DNA of 55,992 nt, counting the filler, from Streblomastix strix (lineage: Eukaryota): assembly GCA_008636045.1 (NCBI GenBank). It is 3 parts of 3 records of this genome, joined end to end, with 100 filler letters (N's around TTAATTAATTAA, not from the genome) between each part and the next. Parts side by side here need not be neighbours in the genome. Positions count along the whole stretch, not along the records: positions 37,425 to 55,992 come from SNRW01000594.1; 2 more parts are not named here. One strand, given 5' to 3'. Under the pieces are notes generated by a model. The model had not been told where the DNA came from. It worked only from the letters and a program-made list of their open reading frames with translations, and did no database searches. Both the position numbers and the translations under genes were made by a program. Below are positions 49,068-55,992 of the stretch, piece after piece. Position 1 is the stretch's first letter. Each line of letters begins with the position of its first letter.

Positions 49068-52000
49068 ATGTCTTACCTAAAGAAAGCAGAGCTAATTAAA
49101 CTACTCAAAATTAATAATAAAAACATAAATGAATTTTTAAAAGTAAATTAGCTTAAAGATTAACTCAAAGAATATTTAGACAAAATTAATTATAAGAAGA
49201 GAGGAAAAAATAACTACAATAGTTTGATAACACATCTGAAATAAGTTTATAATTATAATCAGTAAATTATTGCAGGTAAAGATTTGGTTAAGCATTTCAA
49301 ATAGAATCAATATGATTAAGATTTATAGAAATATCGTAGAGAATAAGAATAACAATAAGCGGATATCTACTATGATGATTTATAGGAATAGAATCGATAA
49401 TTACATTAAGATTTAACTAATTATCATTCAAATTAATATGAATGAGATTTATAAGAATATCGTAGAGAATAAGAATAACAATATGCTGATGATTATTGGA
49501 CTGATTTAAGCAGTAAATAACTAGAGTAATCCTAAAGAATTATGGATGAAGAATATGATGCGAATCTACAATATTAAATAACTATCAAACAAAACAAAGA
49601 GATTAATGATCGGAATAATTAGTTTAAAGGATAAGACGTTAGAGAACTCGATAATGATGCATGTACTCTATTATATTATCTATCTGAGAATATGGAACAA
49701 TTTATTGCTACAGTTTCTGAAGCAAGATAAGGATTTGCTCGTAAACGTACAATAGGAAAAACAGAAGAAAATGGCAAACTTAGCGAGTTGCACTATAATA
49801 ATGTTATCTAATCATTAAGTGATATCGAAGAGTTTGTTGATAAAGTTTATGAGGAATAGCACCATTAAGCATTCAAAATTCAATTCAATTTTGGAGTTAT
49901 TTACGAATAATTTAAGTCTGATTAGAATGATTAAGTTTTTGTTGACTATGGATATATATTACCTAGAGATCCTCGTATTCAAGAGCATGCTCCAAAAGTT
50001 TTATAATTTGAAGTAGATATTAATGAGTATTAATAATACATCAAATCTGAGATAATAAACATGTAGAATTATACACTAGATAGTACAAGGTAACGTTATA
50101 TAGCTATCTACTCCATGCTAATCAAAACATTTAATCTTTAACCTCAAATTGTTGGAGCTAGCATGAAAGAATTAATTGATTTTCATTGTAATGGTCGTAA
50201 AAATGTAATATATAAAAATACTGGAAATAATAACAATTGTTCTATGGAAGCAGTAGCAAAAGCATTACATCAGGACACTAAGGAGAAACGTTATGAAAGT
50301 GAATTAATTATAAGCATTAGTAGAGAATATTTAGTTTAAGTATTAGAGCTACCATTCGATTCAAAGAGTAGAAAAATGACTGATTTATTGAAGACATTTG
50401 AAGGATTAGATATAACTAAATACGCTAACATAGTATCATAAAAGTTAAAAATTAAATAAGACATTTATTACTACGATAATGAACATAAGAATTATTATAG
50501 AGGATTATAAGTAATGTATTAATAGGAAAATTAAAATGAAGTTATACCTCAAATTGATTTATTAGTTGTTGAATCGATTTGGGAAGGAAATAAGATTTCT
50601 CATGCTTTCGCTATAACTAATAAATAAGCATTAACTGGATTGAAATTTTGTCCACATTGTAACTCAAAAGCATTCGACCCTAAAGATAAAAATTACTCAA
50701 AAGACTATGAGAAACACATTATAAAATGTGAGAATAATGAAGGGAAAATAGTTAAGAAAGTTAAACTGGATTACATCTAAAAGCCGTTTGTCCCACACAT
50801 TATGTAGAATAAAACTTATCAATATCTATTAGCAAATGGAAGATGACATGAATTTAAACCTATACAATACTTTATCACTTATGATCTTGAAACAGTTCCT
50901 AAAATCGTTAATAAAAAGTTCGGTAAATCAAGCTATTAAATGTATGAACTATTTCCTTTATCAGTTGCATCAACTACTCGTAACAAATAAGGTATTAAGA
51001 AAATCTTCTTTAGCTAGTAAGATGGAGATGATTTTATAGTCTAATGGTTAAATTAATTGTTTAAAGAAGCTGAGAAAGTTAATGCTGACAACTATTATAT
51101 TACAGAAGCCTGCACAATTGATGAAACAATTCCTTATTCAATGGAAGTATCAATAGTTGGGTTTAATAGTTCAAGATTTGATATATCATTAATTATATAA
51201 TAGATGTAATGCAAAGATTGGACAATTAGTAATTATATAGGTAGCCCTTCATAAGCAAAGCAAGCAATTGTACATCATAAGAAATTGAATTTGAAAGTGA
51301 AATTTGTTGATATGTTAATGTATCTTTAACCTATGGAACTAAAGTAAGCAGCTAAAGATTTTGGTGATGGATATGAGTATAAGAAAGGCTTATTTCCATA
51401 TGAAGCTTTCAATACTGATAACGTTAATGAAGTACTTAGTAAATCAGAACCATTAACAATGGAAGGTTTCAATTCATCATTAAAGAAGACAAAAATTAGC
51501 TAGAAGGATTATTAAATTTATCTAGAAGATGCAAAACGATTTAAAAATAGATGGGACTACTTACAATTCTATAATGAATAAGATACTTATAAAATGATCA
51601 AACCGTTAATGACTCTAATTAGCTTACAATTTAAATATAAGATTGATATGTTTAGTTTCATGAGTATGGCTGCATGCACTAATGCTATCAAATATGCTAA
51701 AGCCTATGAGGATTTTGACATTAACGGTGTATATCCTAATTTTGAAGATTTATCATAGAAATTCTACTTAACAGAGAACTATTGGAAGAGTAAAGTGCGG
51801 GGATATTAAGTATAAGATAAACATTAAAGAAGATACACAAAAAACAACGTGTAAGATAAGGATTTCGATTATTTCAAACAATTATTCAAAGATTCTAATT
51901 GCAGCATTTGCGGATGTAAATTCACTGTAAATAATAAGCCAACATTAGACCGAATCGATAATTCAAAACGTAATTCAAAAGATAATGTATAACTTTGTTG

Positions 52001-53648
52001 TTTATATTGCAATTGCTTCTGTTCTAACAAAGATAAAAATATAGGTAAATTGTTCATATAATTACGTAAATATTGCATAATAAGATGTTTGCCAACTAAC
52101 CTTACAAATAATGATGTATATCATTTAATCAGATCAGGAATAACAGGTGGATTATCAAATGTAATGCATCGAGTTAATAGAGCAGGAATTGATTTTATTA
52201 AACGATTATATTATAACAAGGAAGCAAAGAAAGTAACAGTTCTAACAACTGATCATCGAATTACTCATGTAGTCGGTGTTGATTTTAATTCCTTATATCC
52301 TAGTGTTATGTCATCAGAGCCACATAAATTTATTAAATATACTGGAGGAAAAATATAAATGTGTGGATCATAAACATGTAAAATTATTGGAGACACTGAA
52401 CATTCAAAATAAACTATACTTCGAATAATTAATATCAAAAAAAGATTTACAGCTGATGGTCAATTATTCATTGCAGAAGTTAAAGGTCATATTGATGAGA
52501 ATTACTTGAACGATTATATTAATTTCCCACCTATTCTAAGAAATTATGAATTTACAACTGATGAAAGAACTATCGGTAGTTATATGTATAATCATATGAA
52601 AGATAATAAGATTAAGACTGATCAAAAATAAAGAAAGCTAACTAATCTATTATCAACGAAAGGAGAATATATGGCATTTAGTTCATACTATTTATGGTTC
52701 TTAATCGACGATTGTCATTTTATTATTGATGATGTGAAATAGATAGTACCGTTTAATAAGCATGATTAATTCAATTTATTTATTAAGGAATTTACTTAAA
52801 ACAGAATTGAAGCAAAATTAGACGAGAATAAGGGATAAGAATAGTTCTTTAAGATAGTTATGAATAGCTCATATGGAAGTGATGGAATGAATACTGAGAA
52901 ATATCATAAAGTTAAAATAATGAATATGAAGCAAACAGAAAGAGCTATAAGATCTAACGCATTCATGGATGAATAAAAGATATCTGAAGACAACTATATT
53001 GTATAGATGAATCCTGAACATTGTAGTTGTAAAACTCCTTTATAGGTAGCATTCTTTATATTAGATAATGTTAAATATTGGTATCTAAATTTTATATATA
53101 AATTCATGCATAAATGCTTAGATATGAATAAGATACATTTTATCGAAGGAGATACTGATTCGGCTTATTGGGCTATTAGTGGAAATTCTAATGAAGATTT
53201 TACGTAGTAATTTAATGCTGTTATAAGTGATCGAGATTTTTATAACGATAATGCTAAGTATTTCTTACCTACAATTAAAGGAAATGTTTACGATGAGAAG
53301 AAAATCCTAGGATTATCATTCGAACGACAGGGAGTGGCTATGTATGCTCGTGCTCCTAAAAATTATATGATAGAAACTAACTACTGTGCTAATTCAAAAA
53401 TAAAATTAAAAGGAGTTAATTAGAAGACTAACAAGATCACTAAAGAGTAGACAGTCGATTGCATTAATGAAGGTTTGATAACAAAATGCACTAATATGAG
53501 ATTGGGATAGAAAAATCATTAGATGAGTTAGTTATCAATTCAGAAAAATGGAATCACAGGAATTCATACAAAAGCTATCGTGCAAGAGAATGAATCATGC
53601 TGTCCTTATTTATTTGGATTAACTGCTAAGGATTATTCGTATGAATGA
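49068..53648 (+). pseudogene. polB: pPolB polyprotein, 1,526 codons in one frame with two premature TGAs
   Basis: YDLET, GFNSSRFD, KGLFPYE, YNEQD, ITGG, DFNSLYPS, KIVMNSSYG, EGDTDS, APKNY, KLKGV. TGA at 49443 and 50844. Confidence 0.96.
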
Positions 53649-53652
53649 AGAT

Positions 53653-54668
53653 TCATTTATTTTTTAAAATTTAGAATTATCTATTCCACTTATTCTGAAT
53701 GATAAACTCATATTTCTTCAGTGTACTCTAAAGTAACTGAAACTCATCAAAATTTAAATTTTATATGGTATTTTCATCGTATATTCATCTTATATCAGTC
53801 TCGCCTAAATTTATACCCAATCAGATTACATAGGTTAATATCCTTGCTGTCTTAAACAAATAAGTTGGACGTTAAGCTATAAAAAAATAGTATTTTTACT
53901 ATGCCTTGAATCACTAACAAGATGCGTTATTGTTTTAGATAATTATGAGCTGAATCTTTATATAGCAGCATTAGAGCCAATGTCATCGAAGAGCATTAAT
54001 GTATGTAATAACGAAGCTTTTTCCAATATAGGTATTTTCATTATTTTTACGTCAACATAATCTTCATCGACTATTTTGAATTTCTTTTAGTAACTAACAT
54101 TTTGAATGAGCGCAGGGATATCGAATCTCAATATCTTGGTCGTCTAATTGTATTTATTAATGGTTTCGATTATTTTTTATTTAAATAGTTCAGCAATTCT
54201 ATTAAGATAGTCATTAGGTTTTTCATTCTTTTTAATCTCATTATTTTATATAATTTGTTCTTCCATTCGCTTAATGAAATCACTAGTATAAGATTATTTT
54301 TACTCATTCATTTTGTACCATGTACACATCTCTCTAGTTGAGTATTTTATCTCATCAAATTCAGGTAGAAATATCTGTGCTTCTCCATACGTCACATTCG
54401 TTAGTTATATATTCTTACTATTAAGGTTTAATGCCATTGTTTCATCTGCTCCAAAATTCGTGAAGTATAATATAAAGGGATCTATCACTTTCTTATATTC
54501 TACAACTAGCTTACACATTAATGTTGTTTTACCACTTCCAACAGCTCCAACAATATAATGATTTCCATTAATAAGGAGCAATGAATTCTTCGTTAATGAC
54601 TTAGTTTTATATTCGTTCAATAGATCTTGATTAGTAAATGTTATATCTTATAATTCTTGTAGTGACAT
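53653..54668 (-). pseudogene. A32-like packaging ATPase
   Basis: GAVGSGKT, LMLFDD, DSRH, FIAQ, KTARIL. Homolog of 15000-16033, with in-frame TGAs near 53787 and 53821. Confidence 0.9.
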
Positions 54669-54684
54669 TTTCAAAAATATTAAA

Positions 54685-55068
54685 ATGAATCCGTGTTAAT
54701 GCAACATTCTATCGATAATCATTAATGTGATGAATTACATGTTCTATGGTGCTAATTTTGTAACATCTATTATATCTGTATCAATTCCTGATAAATTGAT
54801 GGATACAGTTAATGTAATAAAAGTATTATGGAGTCATTTCGATATAGTATTGGTTCCATTAAATATAACGATTTACATTATACAATTCTTTTACAAAAGA
54901 AAAATGGATAAAAATTAACCACGCATTCACTGGTCATAGCTATCTGTAGAATAAATTGAAACATTTCTGAATGAAGCAATAGCCAATAAAGATTTGGAAT
55001 TAGCTACTCATTATAGATATATTCTGTATCTTAAAATGTTAAATTAACCATAAAAATAAATTGTTTGA
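54685..55068 (+). CDS. Conserved small membrane protein (127 aa)
   Basis: Homolog of 14645-15034 (NYMFYGANF, SIPD, HYRYI). Confidence 0.7.
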
Positions 55069-55078
55069 AATTAATTAA

Positions 55079-55327
55079 TTGGAATAACTTTATTAGTTAG
55101 CTACAAATATTGGTTTTAAGTAAAATGCAACCAATTATGAGAATTTCAAAATATTTGAAGCGCTAATCGAAACAAATGATTTAGATTAATAGGAAAAATA
55201 ATTGTATGAATAATTCAAATAACATTACACTTTCATTGAACGAATCCAAGATTAAATTGAAGAGATAATCTAATATATCTAATATATCAATAATCTTATT
55301 ATTTTAAATTAAGTTGATAGTAATTGA
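55079..55327 (+). CDS. Conserved viral orphan B (start codon appears mutated to TTG)
   Basis: Homolog of 11674-11949. Confidence 0.55.
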
Positions 55328-55745
55328 CAAAGTTACTGTATTACTCATCATTCACAAATTAAATGTAAATCTATTTTTCTTCTTCACTAGCTTCAGAGAT
55401 AATGTACTTCATTATTTGTTACGGTTAATTGTTTAGATCTAATGACTTTTTGATTAATAGATATTTATTTTTGAAGTACTTATCCTATTCATTAAATAGC
55501 TTATTTTTATAATCTTCTTCATCAACCATCTTCTTTATAGTTTATAATTATTGCTATTGATTAGTGAACATTTTATTGATTCTCATTAATTCCTAGATTA
55601 ATGGATGGATTGATTCTTTTGCATCATTCTTTAATAAAATTTGTAATGCTTCAGTTGTAATTTTAATTGTGTCATTATCATTAAAGTGCTATTTAACTAA
55701 TTCATTGAATAATTATTTAATTGGTTGTGTTACAGCTTTTTCCAT
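55287..55745 (-). CDS. Conserved viral orphan A (152 aa)
   Basis: Intact ORF MEKAVTQPIK...QDY*, homolog of 11218-11720. Confidence 0.7.
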
Positions 55746-55771
55746 TTATTTCAAAAATAAACTACTACTGT

Positions 55772-55992
55772 TCATGGTGGAACTGATCCTAATGTTACTG
55801 GACGAGCACGCCAGCATATATTAGTTCCATTACTATAGAATCCACCTTCCGTTCCAGTACTATTTACACCCCATAATATAAAATTGCCTGCAGAATAATT
55901 AACTGAACCATTAGTTGCTCCGTTAGATGAACCTACACCTGCAATTACAGAACCATTGAAAGATAATGTGTTTCCATCAGATGAGATCATTA
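55772..55992 (-). CDS. C-terminus of a tail-fibre-like protein (partial)
   Basis: ISSDGNTLSFNGSVIAG...NGSVNYSAGN...GGFYSNGTNI.WR is highly similar to 12513-12728. Confidence 0.8.
   Translation of the reverse strand, partial: MISSDGNTLSFNGSVIAGVGSSNGATNGSVNYSAGNFILWGVNSTGTEGGFYSNGTNICWRARPVTLGSVPP

Larger units (their letters stand above)
44050..55992. mobile_element. Polinton-like virus element 2 (left part; left boundary uncertain)
   Basis: rve integrase, penton-like gene, pPolB, A32 ATPase, fibre end and orphans homologous to element 1. Runs off the window end. Confidence 0.88.

Noticed and set aside
49300..49500. Short duplicated unit (DLQxYRREQEQQxAD) in the pPolB N-terminus
   Set aside because: An ordinary low-complexity intragenic duplication, useful only to show that the TGA at 49443 replaced a sense codon.
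37425..55992. DIRS RT/YR as part of virus element 2 (an RT + pPolB hybrid system)
   Set aside because: The DIRS has its own terminus at 42691 and is separated from the virus by an intron-containing host P4-ATPase fragment.

Overview
This window is three separate AT-rich eukaryotic contigs (1-18638, 18739-37324, 37425-55992) joined by artificial N-TTAATTAATTAA-N linkers, so adjacency across the gaps is not biological. All genes read through TAA/TAG as Gln with TGA as the only stop (translation table 6). This fits an oxymonad such as Streblomastix, though ciliates and hexamitid diplomonads use the same code. The supplied standard-code ORF track therefore shows only fragments; all translations below were done by hand in table 6. 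Contig 1 is an almost complete, decaying Polinton-like virus (PLV) bounded by terminal inverted repeats. It carries a protein-primed PolB, an A32-like packaging ATPase, putative major and minor capsid proteins, two tail-fibre-like genes, a small adenovirus protein-VI-like peptide and a nested MITE. Contig 2 is host DNA: a kinesin-13-like pseudogene, a probable pseudophosphatase, a single-pass membrane protein, a 1,899-aa coiled-coil protein and a mosaic of local duplications. Contig 3 holds a DIRS-type tyrosine-recombinase retrotransposon, a truncated P4-ATPase and the left part of a second, diverged member of the same virus family (rve integrase, core-like protein, penton, pPolB, ATPase, fibre). 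The best candidate for a novel system is this host-code-adapted PLV family, with a TP-vOTU-exo-HNH-Pol polyprotein, phage-like HxH fibres, an adenovirus-like membrane-lytic peptide and several conserved orphan genes.
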